DNA from: a virus
Lineage: Duplodnaviria > Caudoviricetes
Strand: one strand, 5' to 3'
DNA: 28,667 nt
IMG/VR virus record: IMGVR_UViG_3300037991_001232
Coordinates: 1-28,667 of that record
Under the pieces are notes generated by a model that searched no databases, was not told where the DNA came from, and was given only the letters and a program-made list of their open reading frames with translations. Every line of letters starts with the position of its first letter. Positions within the stretch are counted from its first letter, which is position 1. Shown here piece by piece: positions 16,732 to 25,006 of this stretch. A program made the translations under genes and the position numbers.

Positions 16732-19129
16732 TAAAGAATTTATGTTTTCAGCAATGGGTTCATCATATGACATGACTGATTCCAGCGAAATAGACAAGAA
16801 AGGATTTGATTATATTTGGTATGGTTCTGACAATCTATTTCCACAACATACAAATATGTTGTATAAAAATTCAAGCACACTGAATGCACTTGTCAATTCA
16901 ATATCTTCTTGGATTTATGGTGGTGGTCTTGATGCAGATGACAAGTCAGAACACATTGAAGAATGGACATCACTTCAAAAACTAATCAACCAACAGATTG
17001 GAAAGAATGATGTGCAATTGATGTGCATGGATTTAAAACTTCATGGTGGTTTTTATTTGTCAGTTGCTTATTCATTGGATAGGGAATCAATTACTGAAAT
17101 TGAAGTTTTGCCATTTGAAACAATGAGGGCTGGACACACTGATGAAGATGGTGAAGTAAAATCATATTTTCATTCATACAATTGGGAAGATGGAAGAAGG
17201 GCAAAAACAACTGAACTTCCAGCATTCAATCCTAAACACAAAGACATTCATCCAAATCAAGTGTTGTGTGTAAAGATGAATTCTGTTGGTTCTTATTACT
17301 ATCCAAAACCAGACTGGATTGGTGCATGGAATTATGCAGAACTTGAAGCAAACATCAGTCAGTTTCACTTGTCAAATATTGAACATGGTCTTGCACCATC
17401 ATTTGTCATCAACTTTGCAAATGGTATTCCAGCAAGGGAAAAGAGAGAAGAAATAAAACGAACTATTGAACAAGAATTGTCTGGTTCAAGAAATAGTGGA
17501 AAATTCCTTTGCACCTTTTCAGATGGTAGAGATACAACACCAGAAATCACACCAGTGCCATTGTCAGATGCAGACAAGCAATTTCAATTCTTATCAGAAG
17601 AATGTCAAAAGAAAATAATGGTGTCAAACAGAGTTGTTTCACCAAGACTTTTTGGAATCATTGATGGTGGTGGCTTGGGAAATAATGCAGAAGAACTTCA
17701 AACTGCATCAGCATTGTTTGAACAAACAGTGATTGAACCTTTTCGTGATGTCATATTGGATGCATTAAAGATGGTAATGGCTGAAAGTGGAATGACACTT
17801 GACTTGTTCTTTAAACCTTTTGATTTGTTCAAGACAGAATTTGCAGACACAGAAGCAGAAGTCATCAATGAAGAAGTTGCAACAGAAGTGATTCCAGATG
17901 CAAAGGCTACAATATCAGATGAAGTTGGTGGAATGGTTGATGAAGTAGAATCAGAAGATATTGAAAAAGTTGATGCATCATACAATGGCGCACAGATTAG
18001 TTCTGCAATTGATATTGTTGCAAAGGTTCAAGAAGGTGTCTTGACAGAAGCACAAGCAATTGTGTTCCTTGTTCAGTTCTTACAATTACCAGAAGAAGTT
18101 GCAAAAGGTTTTTTCAGTAGCACATCAGAACAATTGATGGAAAAAATGTCATCAAAAAAAAAAGATGAAAGACCAAAACTGACTGAAGAAATGTCTGCAT
18201 ACTTTCTTTCAAGATTAGAAGAATGTGCAGAAAAAAATGATGATGATGAATGGGAACTTCTTGTTGAAGACAAAGCATCTGAAGTCAGTCTTAAAACCAT
18301 TGATGACATAGACAGAAAGCCAACAAAACAAATGATGGCTGAAGCAAAGAAAGGTCTGGAAATGCGAAAAGAATTTGGAAGGGGTGGAACAGAAGTTGGT
18401 GTTGCAAGGGCAAGAGATATAATGAATGGCAAGAATCTTTCTGTTGAAACAATCAAAAGAATGTATTCATTTTTTAGCAGACAAGAAGAATCAGTGAAGA
18501 AAGGAAAAGGATTCAAGAAAGGTGATGAAGGTTATCCAAGTGCTGGAAAGATAGCGTGGTTGCTTTGGGGTGGTGAAGGTGGATTCAAATGGGCTGAAAG
18601 AAAAGTCAAAGAAATTGAAAGTGTGCAACAAAATCTGCACAAGTTTGCAACCAATAAGATGCCAAGAAAATCAATGGCTGACCCAGATGGAAAATCACAA
18701 CATGATGTTGGAATGTACAAAGTCAGATATTCATATCAAAAGACCAACAATGTTCCAAACAAAGCTGGAAACAAATCAAGAAAGTTTTGTGACATCATGA
18801 TGGATTGGTCAAACACTGGTCTTGAATGGACATTTGAAGACATTCAGAAAATGTCTGATGATGCAGTCAATGGTGAATTCGCAATGAAAGGTCAATCAAG
18901 ATATGATTTGTTTGAATTCAAGGGTGGATGCTATTGCAGACATGGTTGGATAAGAAGAATATATTTCAGAAAGAGAAATCCAGATGGGACATTCATGCCA
19001 TCTGAAGGTCTTGACAATGAAGTCAGAGTTGGAAACAATCCATTTATTAGACAAAAAGGAACTGAAGCGATTGCACCTTATGACATGCCAAAACATGCAA
19101 AGGTCAATCCACCATTTATGAAAGACTAA
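16724..19129 (+). CDS. Portal protein with multi-domain C-terminal extension
   Basis: WYGSDNLFPQ, YYYPKPDWIGA, NIEHGLAPS, DKQFQFL, VSPRLFGI, LGNNAEEL motifs in the first ~370 aa; ATG 16724 preferred to TTG 16715. Confidence 0.85.
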   Translation: MDNKEFMFSAMGSSYDMTDSSEIDKKGFDYIWYGSDNLFPQHTNMLYKNSSTLNALVNSISSWIYGGGLDADDKSEHIEEWTSLQKLINQQIGKNDVQLMCMDLKLHGGFYLSVAYSLDRESITEIEVLPFETMRAGHTDEDGEVKSYFHSYNWEDGRRAKTTELPAFNPKHKDIHPNQVLCVKMNSVGSYYYPKPDWIGAWNYAELEANISQFHLSNIEHGLAPSFVINFANGIPAREKREEIKRTIEQELSGSRNSGKFLCTFSDGRDTTPEITPVPLSDADKQFQFLSEECQKKIMVSNRVVSPRLFGIIDGGGLGNNAEELQTASALFEQTVIEPFRDVILDALKMVMAESGMTLDLFFKPFDLFKTEFADTEAEVINEEVATEVIPDAKATISDEVGGMVDEVESEDIEKVDASYNGAQISSAIDIVAKVQEGVLTEAQAIVFLVQFLQLPEEVAKGFFSSTSEQLMEKMSSKKKDERPKLTEEMSAYFLSRLEECAEKNDDDEWELLVEDKASEVSLKTIDDIDRKPTKQMMAEAKKGLEMRKEFGRGGTEVGVARARDIMNGKNLSVETIKRMYSFFSRQEESVKKGKGFKKGDEGYPSAGKIAWLLWGGEGGFKWAERKVKEIESVQQNLHKFATNKMPRKSMADPDGKSQHDVGMYKVRYSYQKTNNVPNKAGNKSRKFCDIMMDWSNTGLEWTFEDIQKMSDDAVNGEFAMKGQSRYDLFEFKGGCYCRHGWIRRIYFRKRNPDGTFMPSEGLDNEVRVGNNPFIRQKGTEAIAPYDMPKHAKVNPPFMKD

Positions 19130-19135
19130 AAAAAT

Positions 19136-19696
19136 ATGGGACTATCAGCACAAGTCATCTTCATTGATGCATCATACATAAAAGCCTATTCACACATTGA
19201 TGGAAGTGTGGATGAAAAAGACATGTTGCCATCTATTATTCAAGCACAAGATTCACAGATTCAACCGATACTTGGAACTGAATTGTTTAATGCCTTAAAA
19301 ACCAAAATCACTGCTGGTTCAATCTCTGGTGATTATGATACTTTGCTGAATGACTATGTGCGAATGACAACACTGAAGTGGTTCTTGGTGCATTTTTATC
19401 CATACTTACAAGGCAAGATTCTGAATGGAACAATTGGTTCAAGAAATGTTGACAATATCACTGCGCTTTCACAAGCTGAAGTTGGTCGATTGGTGGACAT
19501 TGAAAGAAGCAATGCACAATTCTATTCTGAAAGACTGATTGACTATTTGTTGAACAATTCATCTTTGTTCACTGAATACAATCAAAATTCTGGTGCAGAT
19601 ATGAATCCAGAAACACAGACTTATTCTGAAGGTGGTTTGACTATTTCTGGTACAAATAGGATGAACAGACTTGCAAATTGGAATTGTTGCAAATAA
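19136..19696 (+). CDS. Head-to-tail adaptor
   Basis: 186-aa helical protein, IIQAQDSQIQPILGTELF...FYSERLIDYL motif; directly after portal. Confidence 0.7.
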   Translation: MGLSAQVIFIDASYIKAYSHIDGSVDEKDMLPSIIQAQDSQIQPILGTELFNALKTKITAGSISGDYDTLLNDYVRMTTLKWFLVHFYPYLQGKILNGTIGSRNVDNITALSQAEVGRLVDIERSNAQFYSERLIDYLLNNSSLFTEYNQNSGADMNPETQTYSEGGLTISGTNRMNRLANWNCCK

Positions 19697-19818
19697 TGGC
19701 TGGAAGAAAAAAAGGTTGCAAAAGCAATCAAGAAAAAAGAGAAATCAACAAGAAATTGTTGGAACTATATTTGAAGAAAAGACATGGAAAACAAAGTGAC
19801 AGAATTAATCGGTTTTAA
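19696..19818 (+). CDS. Small basic hypothetical protein (40 aa, not in ORF track)
   Basis: TAATG overlap with the adaptor stop; MAGRKKGCKSNQEKREINKKLLELYLKKRHGKQSDRINRF. Confidence 0.55.
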   Translation: MAGRKKGCKSNQEKREINKKLLELYLKKRHGKQSDRINRF

Positions 19819-19939
19819 TTCAATTAATCTTGGTGCAATATCACTTTCATTTATGGATGTTGAAAGCATATTGACAATTGCAGTGTTAATTTCAGCACTT
19901 GTGTACAATATTAAAAAAATTAAAAGTGACAAAGTTTAA
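19784..19939 (+). CDS. Putative holin-like membrane protein (51 aa, not in ORF track)
   Basis: MENKVTELIGFNSINLGAISLSFMDVESILTIAVLISALVYNIKKIKSDKV; hydrophobic core and basic tail; directly before the endolysin. Confidence 0.65.
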   Translation: MENKVTELIGFNSINLGAISLSFMDVESILTIAVLISALVYNIKKIKSDKV

Positions 19940-20285
19940 ATATTTCACAGAAAAAGAATTTCATTGTGATGGTGTGAATTGTTTTGATTTGATGAATCAT
20001 GATTTGATTGAAAGATTGGACATTGCAAGGGAAATGTGTGGATTTCCTTTTCACATCACTTCATCTTGGCGAAGCAAAGAACACAATGAAAAAATTGGTG
20101 GTGTTAAAAATTCAGCACACTTGACTGGAAATGCAGTTGACTTATCATGTGAAAATTCTACAACAAGAATGTACATGATTGAAGCATTATTGACTGCTGG
20201 GTTTACAAGAATAGGAATATCAAACAGATTTATTCATGTTGATGTGGATGAAGAACTTCCACAGAATGTGATTTGGACTTATTAA
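19926..20285 (+). CDS. Endolysin, peptidase M15 (zinc D-Ala-D-Ala peptidase-like)
   Basis: ITSSWR...HN..IGG...SAHLTGNAVD...FIHVD zinc-ligand motifs; GTG 19926 is the probable start. Confidence 0.9.
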   Translation: MTKFKYFTEKEFHCDGVNCFDLMNHDLIERLDIAREMCGFPFHITSSWRSKEHNEKIGGVKNSAHLTGNAVDLSCENSTTRMYMIEALLTAGFTRIGISNRFIHVDVDEELPQNVIWTY

Positions 20286-20294
20286 AAAAAAGAT

Positions 20295-20453
20295 ATGGAA
20301 TCAAATATGATACTTGAATTAATAGTTGCATTAATGGCTTTCTTGAAAGTTGTTTTCAATTATGTAGAATCAGAAAAAGCAGTCAGAATCTTTGGAAGAA
20401 TTGATGACTTCATTAACTTCTTTGTAAAAGACAAGATTAAATATGAAGAATAA
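20295..20453 (+). CDS. Small membrane protein (52 aa, not in ORF track)
   Basis: MESNMILELIVALMAFLKVVFNYVESEKAVRIFGRIDDFINFFVKDKIKYEE; one TM/amphipathic helix; overlaps next gene. Confidence 0.65.
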   Translation: MESNMILELIVALMAFLKVVFNYVESEKAVRIFGRIDDFINFFVKDKIKYEE

Positions 20454-20673
20454 ATTTCTAAAGAATGCCATTTCTATTCTTCCAGACTTATTAAAAGACA
20501 AGAACAAGAAGTGGTCTGCAAAAAGAACAATCAGTGGTGTGCTGGTCTATGTTGTTGCTGATTATCTGCAACACCATGATTTGTCATGGATGGTTGTTGC
20601 ATTCACTTTGGTTTCAGTTTCACCATTGTGTTTGTCTTTTTTTGAAACGAATTGTAAACCTTGTAAAAAATAA
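20443..20673 (+). CDS. Small two-TM membrane protein (holin-like)
   Basis: KWSAKRTISGVLVYVVA...WMVVAFTLVSVSPLCLSFFE; two hydrophobic segments; within lysis cluster. Confidence 0.6.
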   Translation: MKNKFLKNAISILPDLLKDKNKKWSAKRTISGVLVYVVADYLQHHDLSWMVVAFTLVSVSPLCLSFFETNCKPCKK

Positions 20674-20676
20674 AAA

Positions 20677-20949
20677 ATGGCATTAACAGATAGAGAGAAA
20701 AAAATATTTCGCAAAAGTGGTGTAAAAGGAATGATTGCTGAATCAATCACAAAGTCAGATTCACAAAATTTATCACTTAATTCTGCAAATTTATATATTG
20801 GAACTGGTGGTGATTTAAAGATTGACACTGCTGATGGTGACACTATCACATTAAAAAACATTGCAAGTGGAACATATATTGACTTTATAAAAGTTAAAAA
20901 AGTTTATTCCAAAGGAACAACTGCAAGTGATATTGTTGCAATCTATTAA
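20677..20949 (+). CDS. Capsid spike base protein (RcGTA Rcc01079-like)
   Basis: LYIGTGGDLKI...GDTITLKNIASGT...VKKVYSKGTTASDIVAIY matches the Rcc01079-family pattern as I recall it. Confidence 0.75.
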   Translation: MALTDREKKIFRKSGVKGMIAESITKSDSQNLSLNSANLYIGTGGDLKIDTADGDTITLKNIASGTYIDFIKVKKVYSKGTTASDIVAIY

Positions 20950-22154
20950 TGCAATTCAGACCAAGATGGTCTGATTCAATTAGACCATACATACAAGAAT
21001 TCAGAAAACTTCCAAAAAGTCAACAACTGCACTTGCTCAAAACAATGTTGCAGTCAGACAAGATTGAAACTTCTGAAAATAAAAAGCATTTAAACATTGT
21101 ATCAAAGTCAAGTTCAAGAATTAAAACACTTGAACAACTTCTTCATGTTGCTGAAGTTGACTTGGAAAAATACCATGTTGACAAATATAATGTCAACAAA
21201 TGGGAAGTATCTGCTCAAATAGATGGACACATGGTGACTGAAGAACTATTTCAAGTCAAAGCATCACTTGTCAAAAATAAGGCTTTACAGATACGCAAAA
21301 GAATTATTGATGAACTACATCAAGACTTCAAGAATCATTCACCTAAAGCCATAAAAAGGACACACACTGGTGGCAATTACATGCTTGAAGTCAACATCTT
21401 TGATTTGCACTTTGGAAAGTTGTGTTGGAATGGTGAAACTGGTGAAGATTATGACACCAAGATTGCATCAAAAAGATTCCATTCTGCAATTGATGACTTG
21501 ATTCAAAAAGCATCAGTGTACAATATCAGCAAAATACTGTTTCCAATTGGAAATGATTTCTTCAATTCAGACAATCACAAGAACACAACAACAAATTTGA
21601 CACCACAAGATGAAGACTTGCGTTGGATGAAGACATTTAGAAATGGAAGAAAGCTGATTGTTGAAGGCATTGAAAAGTTGATGCAAGTTGCAGATGTTGA
21701 TGTTGTTATTGTGCAAGGAAATCATGACTTTGAAAGGTCATATTATCTTGGTGATTCACTTGATGCATGGTTCAGAAACAATCACAATGTGACAATCAAC
21801 AATGATGCAACACCAAGAAAGTATGTGAAGTATGGTCAGAACTTAATTGGTTTGACACATGGAAACAATGAAAAGATTGCAGAACTTCCATTGCTTATGG
21901 CATCAGAAAAGAAGAAGATGTGGTCAGAAACAAAGTTTCATGAATGGCATCTTGGACATCTGCATCACAAAAAGCAATTTCAGTTTCAATCAGTAGCTGA
22001 ACAAAAAGGTTGCACCATCAGATATATGAGAAGTTTGTCTGGCACTGATGCATGGCACAATCTAAAAGGCTATGTTCAGAATGTACAATCAGCAGAATCA
22101 TTCATCTGGCACAAGACTGATGGTCTTGTCTGTCATCAATTCTTTAATCTATGA
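20949..22154 (+). CDS. Calcineurin-like metallophosphoesterase
   Basis: All five motifs: DLH, GNDFFNSD, GNHD, THG, GHLHH; ~140-aa N-terminal extension. Confidence 0.85.
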   Translation: MQFRPRWSDSIRPYIQEFRKLPKSQQLHLLKTMLQSDKIETSENKKHLNIVSKSSSRIKTLEQLLHVAEVDLEKYHVDKYNVNKWEVSAQIDGHMVTEELFQVKASLVKNKALQIRKRIIDELHQDFKNHSPKAIKRTHTGGNYMLEVNIFDLHFGKLCWNGETGEDYDTKIASKRFHSAIDDLIQKASVYNISKILFPIGNDFFNSDNHKNTTTNLTPQDEDLRWMKTFRNGRKLIVEGIEKLMQVADVDVVIVQGNHDFERSYYLGDSLDAWFRNNHNVTINNDATPRKYVKYGQNLIGLTHGNNEKIAELPLLMASEKKKMWSETKFHEWHLGHLHHKKQFQFQSVAEQKGCTIRYMRSLSGTDAWHNLKGYVQNVQSAESFIWHKTDGLVCHQFFNL

Positions 22155-22303
22155 ACATAGAAATTGCACTTGCTATATTTAAAGGTCTTGCAATAGGCAT
22201 TAGACACTTTGACCCAGTAGAATATGCACCTTATTATGAAGTGCAAATTTACTTTCTTATGTTCAGACTTGACATCTTTTTCATTCCTACATCTGAAGAA
22301 TAA
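22151..22303 (+). CDS. Small hypothetical protein (50 aa, not in ORF track)
   Basis: ATGA overlap with the phosphoesterase stop; MNIEIALAIFKGLAIGIRHFDPVEYAPYYEVQIYFLMFRLDIFFIPTSEE. Confidence 0.6.
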   Translation: MNIEIALAIFKGLAIGIRHFDPVEYAPYYEVQIYFLMFRLDIFFIPTSEE

Positions 22304-22306
22304 CAA

Positions 22307-22382
22307 GTGATTAAGACTAATCACAAAAAATACTTATGCATTTCATTGTTTAAGTATTTGTACAATTAAAAACAATTTGTAC
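22307..22382. repeat. Three consecutive inverted repeats in the main intergenic region
   Basis: GTGATTA-N4-TAATCAC (22307-22324); AAATACTTA-N14-TAAGTATTT (22328-22359); GTACAA-N11-TTGTAC (22360-22382). Confidence 0.65.
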
Positions 22383-22387
22383 TTTTG
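22357..22387 (+). promoter_or_regulatory. Bacteroidota housekeeping-sigma (-33/-7) early promoter
   Basis: TTTG (22357-22360), 19-nt spacer, TACTTTTG (22380-22387) = TAnnTTTG; ~30 nt upstream of ATG 22417 with an AT-rich leader. Confidence 0.8.
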
Positions 22388-22416
22388 TAAATATTAATCA
22401 ATTAAATAAATTTAAA

Positions 22417-22785
22417 ATGGACTATCAAAAAGAATTACACAATTCAGTTGTCAGATTGTATGAAGACAAGGCAAGGGAATGTGAAAGACTTGAAGGTGAA
22501 TTGAAAAGAGAAAGAAATCTGACAAGACAACTTGAAGAATTGGTTGAATTATATTCATCACTTGCAAAGTATGGTGCAATTTATGTCAATTCATATCAAC
22601 AAGATTGTGATGGTGTTGAATCTTATTCAACCTATGTCTTCAAAACTATTGAAGAACACAATGAAGCAGAAAATCTTTTTTCTGAATCTGTTGAAGGTGC
22701 ATGTTCATGGAAGGTTGTTGCACCAGAAGATGCAAGACCAGAAGAAGAATGTGGAACATTTGGTCAAGGATGGGGAATCAATTAA
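22417..22785 (+). CDS. Early hypothetical protein with N-terminal coiled coil
   Basis: First ORF after the host-type promoter; A-rich translation initiation region. Confidence 0.75.
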   Translation: MDYQKELHNSVVRLYEDKARECERLEGELKRERNLTRQLEELVELYSSLAKYGAIYVNSYQQDCDGVESYSTYVFKTIEEHNEAENLFSESVEGACSWKVVAPEDARPEEECGTFGQGWGIN

Positions 22786-22795
22786 TCTTTGTACT

Positions 22796-22960
22796 ATGTT
22801 TAAAAACTGCTTAATCAAACAAGTGCTGAAACAAGCACACTGCAAGAAGGTATCTTTGGAAGTTGTCCAAAGGTATCTTCTTTTGTATTATAATATAAAC
22901 ACATCAATGTTTGTTTTGAGAAAAAGAAAGACAATGATGACTATAATGAATCAATTATGA
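22796..22960 (+). CDS. Small basic hypothetical protein (54 aa)
   Basis: 3' part of track ORF 22532-22960; ATG 22796 follows the upstream stop; ATGA overlap downstream. Confidence 0.55.
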   Translation: MFKNCLIKQVLKQAHCKKVSLEVVQRYLLLYYNINTSMFVLRKRKTMMTIMNQL

Positions 22961-23223
22961 TTGAAGGAAAGACACACAAAGAAAGACTGCTGAACTATCT
23001 TATTGAATATGGTTCAATCACAAGTCTTGAATCAATTCGTGATTTGGGAAACACCAGATTGTCTGCAACAATATTTCAATTAAGGGAAGAAGGTCACTGC
23101 ATACCAACAGAAATGACCAGTGTTGCAACCAGATGGGTTGACCAAGATGGAAACAGAAAGAAGACTTCTGTTGCCAAATACACTTTAATTCGTGAAAATG
23201 TACAACTTGAAATTCCTATATAA
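22957..23223 (+). CDS. Winged helix-turn-helix DNA-binding protein (HTH_39-like)
   Basis: RLLNYL..GSITSLESIRDLGNTRLSATIFQLREEGHCI pattern. Confidence 0.8.
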   Translation: MIEGKTHKERLLNYLIEYGSITSLESIRDLGNTRLSATIFQLREEGHCIPTEMTSVATRWVDQDGNRKKTSVAKYTLIRENVQLEIPI

Positions 23224-23495
23224 TGAAATTAAGATTAAACAAAAGTCAGCGTGTTGAAAGATGTGACACACAAAAAGCATATGCAATCCAGTTTTCAAAA
23301 TATGGTGATTCAATGTTGTTCTTGTCCAAGAAGTACACAAGAATAAAAGAAGACATCATTGAAAAAGATGGTCTTTACTTTACAACTGAATATCATGTTG
23401 AATTTCCACAATGGATTTATGAATACATGGATGACAATCAAAAAGGAACAATTAAACTTATTCAAGAACAATGGAAGCAAGAACACAATTCTTAA
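23223..23495 (+). CDS. Hypothetical protein
   Basis: 90 aa, TAATG overlap; TQKAY...FLSK...FPQWI beta-rich pattern. Confidence 0.7.
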   Translation: MKLRLNKSQRVERCDTQKAYAIQFSKYGDSMLFLSKKYTRIKEDIIEKDGLYFTTEYHVEFPQWIYEYMDDNQKGTIKLIQEQWKQEHNS

Positions 23496-23722
23496 TGCGA
23501 ATGCAAATGATGATTAATGAAATCAAAGCAAGTGGATTTGGTGATGAACATATTCAAAAGATGCTTGACTTTCAGTTGTCATGTAGGGAAAAAGAACTTG
23601 TCAAAGAAGTCAAAAGAAAAGTTGTTGGTGCAATTGAAATGAAAAACAATAGGGGTGTGACTGCAACTTATATTGTTGCAAAAACCAATGACAAGTTTCT
23701 TGACATCATTGATGATATGTAA
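23471..23722 (+). CDS. Hypothetical protein
   Basis: 83-aa ORF overlapping the upstream gene. Confidence 0.65.
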   Translation: MEARTQFLMRMQMMINEIKASGFGDEHIQKMLDFQLSCREKELVKEVKRKVVGAIEMKNNRGVTATYIVAKTNDKFLDIIDDM

Positions 23723-23765
23723 AATTTATTTAACTATATTGCACAATAATTTAAACAACTAAACA

Positions 23766-23975
23766 ATGAATTTATTATCTAAACTAAAGCCAGAATACAA
23801 AGTGGTTCTGGTTGAAAGGATGGAAGAATATCCATCAACAAAAGAATCAATTTTTAAATCACTTACTGAAAAAGAATTTGTTCTTCATTTAACTATCAAA
23901 GAAGCTGGTGATATTACTTGGTATTTAAGTGACCAACCATTTGGTCATATTTATAAACTTTTTAAAGAAGAATAA
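23766..23975 (+). CDS. Hypothetical protein
   Basis: 69 aa after a 43-nt AT-rich gap with A-rich initiation region. Confidence 0.7.
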   Translation: MNLLSKLKPEYKVVLVERMEEYPSTKESIFKSLTEKEFVLHLTIKEAGDITWYLSDQPFGHIYKLFKEE

Positions 23976-23976
23976 G

Positions 23977-24252
23977 ATGTCAAGACTATTTGAAAAATTT
24001 ATTGAAGAAGTGTTTGGAAGCAATCCACATCTTCATGCAGAAGCAAAAAGAATTGAAGCTGAATCAAAAGAATCACAATGGTATGATGCAAGACAAAAAT
24101 GCAATCCATTAGACAACACTATTGAAGAATGGAATGCACTTGGTAAACCAAATAAAAAGAATCAAACTTTGAAATGTGATTCATTGAATCATATCTTTGG
24201 AAATCCAGTTGAAGAATTGGATGAATTAATTAATCAAACATTTAATAAATAA
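23977..24252 (+). CDS. Hypothetical protein
   Basis: ATG 23977, 1 nt after the upstream stop, preferred to the track start at 23929. Confidence 0.65.
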   Translation: MSRLFEKFIEEVFGSNPHLHAEAKRIEAESKESQWYDARQKCNPLDNTIEEWNALGKPNKKNQTLKCDSLNHIFGNPVEELDELINQTFNK

Positions 24253-24255
24253 ATT

Positions 24256-24798
24256 ATGGAAATCAAAAAAGGAATTGTCAAAAGTGTTCAATCAAATGGA
24301 AACTTGAAACTTCAACATGGAATGTTTTACAAATTTGAAATTGAAATTGGTGAAGATGTTGGTGAATATTTGTCAAAATCAGAAGATGGTGGAAACAAGA
24401 ATTTTCCAGTTGGTCAAGAAAAGGAATATCAACTGACTGAAACTTCTTATGGTAAAAAAATCAAACCACACTTTCAGCAAAAGTCATTCACACCAAGACA
24501 AGCATTTGGTGAAAATCCAGACAGACAGAAGATGATTGTGAAGCAATCTTCATTGAAGGTGGCATCAGACTTGTGTATTGCAAACAACAATACAGACTTA
24601 AATTCTGTTTTTAATATGGCTGATAAAATTGTTGCATGGGTTATGGATGACAAACCAGTTCAACATGCTGAATTAAGAACTGGCATTGAAACAAAGTCAG
24701 TGACAAGAACACAAGCAAAAAAAGACATTGCAAATGAAATGGAAAATTTTGCTGAACAAAGTGGTCAAACAATGCATCCAGAAGACTTGCCATTCTAA
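24256..24798 (+). CDS. Putative single-stranded DNA-binding protein
   Basis: Beta-rich OB-like N-terminus and acidic C-terminal tip EDLPF typical of SSBs; in the replication block. Confidence 0.6.
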   Translation: MEIKKGIVKSVQSNGNLKLQHGMFYKFEIEIGEDVGEYLSKSEDGGNKNFPVGQEKEYQLTETSYGKKIKPHFQQKSFTPRQAFGENPDRQKMIVKQSSLKVASDLCIANNNTDLNSVFNMADKIVAWVMDDKPVQHAELRTGIETKSVTRTQAKKDIANEMENFAEQSGQTMHPEDLPF

Positions 24799-25004
24799 TG
24801 ACTTGGACACCTAAAAACAAAGCAGAACAATTGTTCAAGAATTTGTTTGAAACAAAATCAAACATGGCAAAAGAACTGAACTTGTCAAGAGTAACACTTG
24901 ACACATATCTTTCTGATGCAAATTTGATGAATTCACAAATCAAAAAAATTGCTAAATTGAAGCAGATTTCTGAACTGAAACTTTTTAAAGCAATAAACAA
25001 TTGA
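24798..25004 (+). CDS. Small Cro/XRE-like HTH protein
   Basis: KSNMAKELNLSRVTLDTYL helix-turn-helix; just upstream of the initiator. Confidence 0.65.
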   Translation: MTWTPKNKAEQLFKNLFETKSNMAKELNLSRVTLDTYLSDANLMNSQIKKIAKLKQISELKLFKAINN

Positions 25005-25006
25005 AA

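Noticed and set aside
18499-18507. Third GAAAGGAAA box
   Set aside because: Inside the portal CDS with no CTTTAAAC box 15 nt downstream.
23723-23765. Possible second host promoter (TATATTGC at 23735-23742)
   Set aside because: Only a partial match to TAnnTTTG and no clear -33 TTTG; plausible but unsupported.
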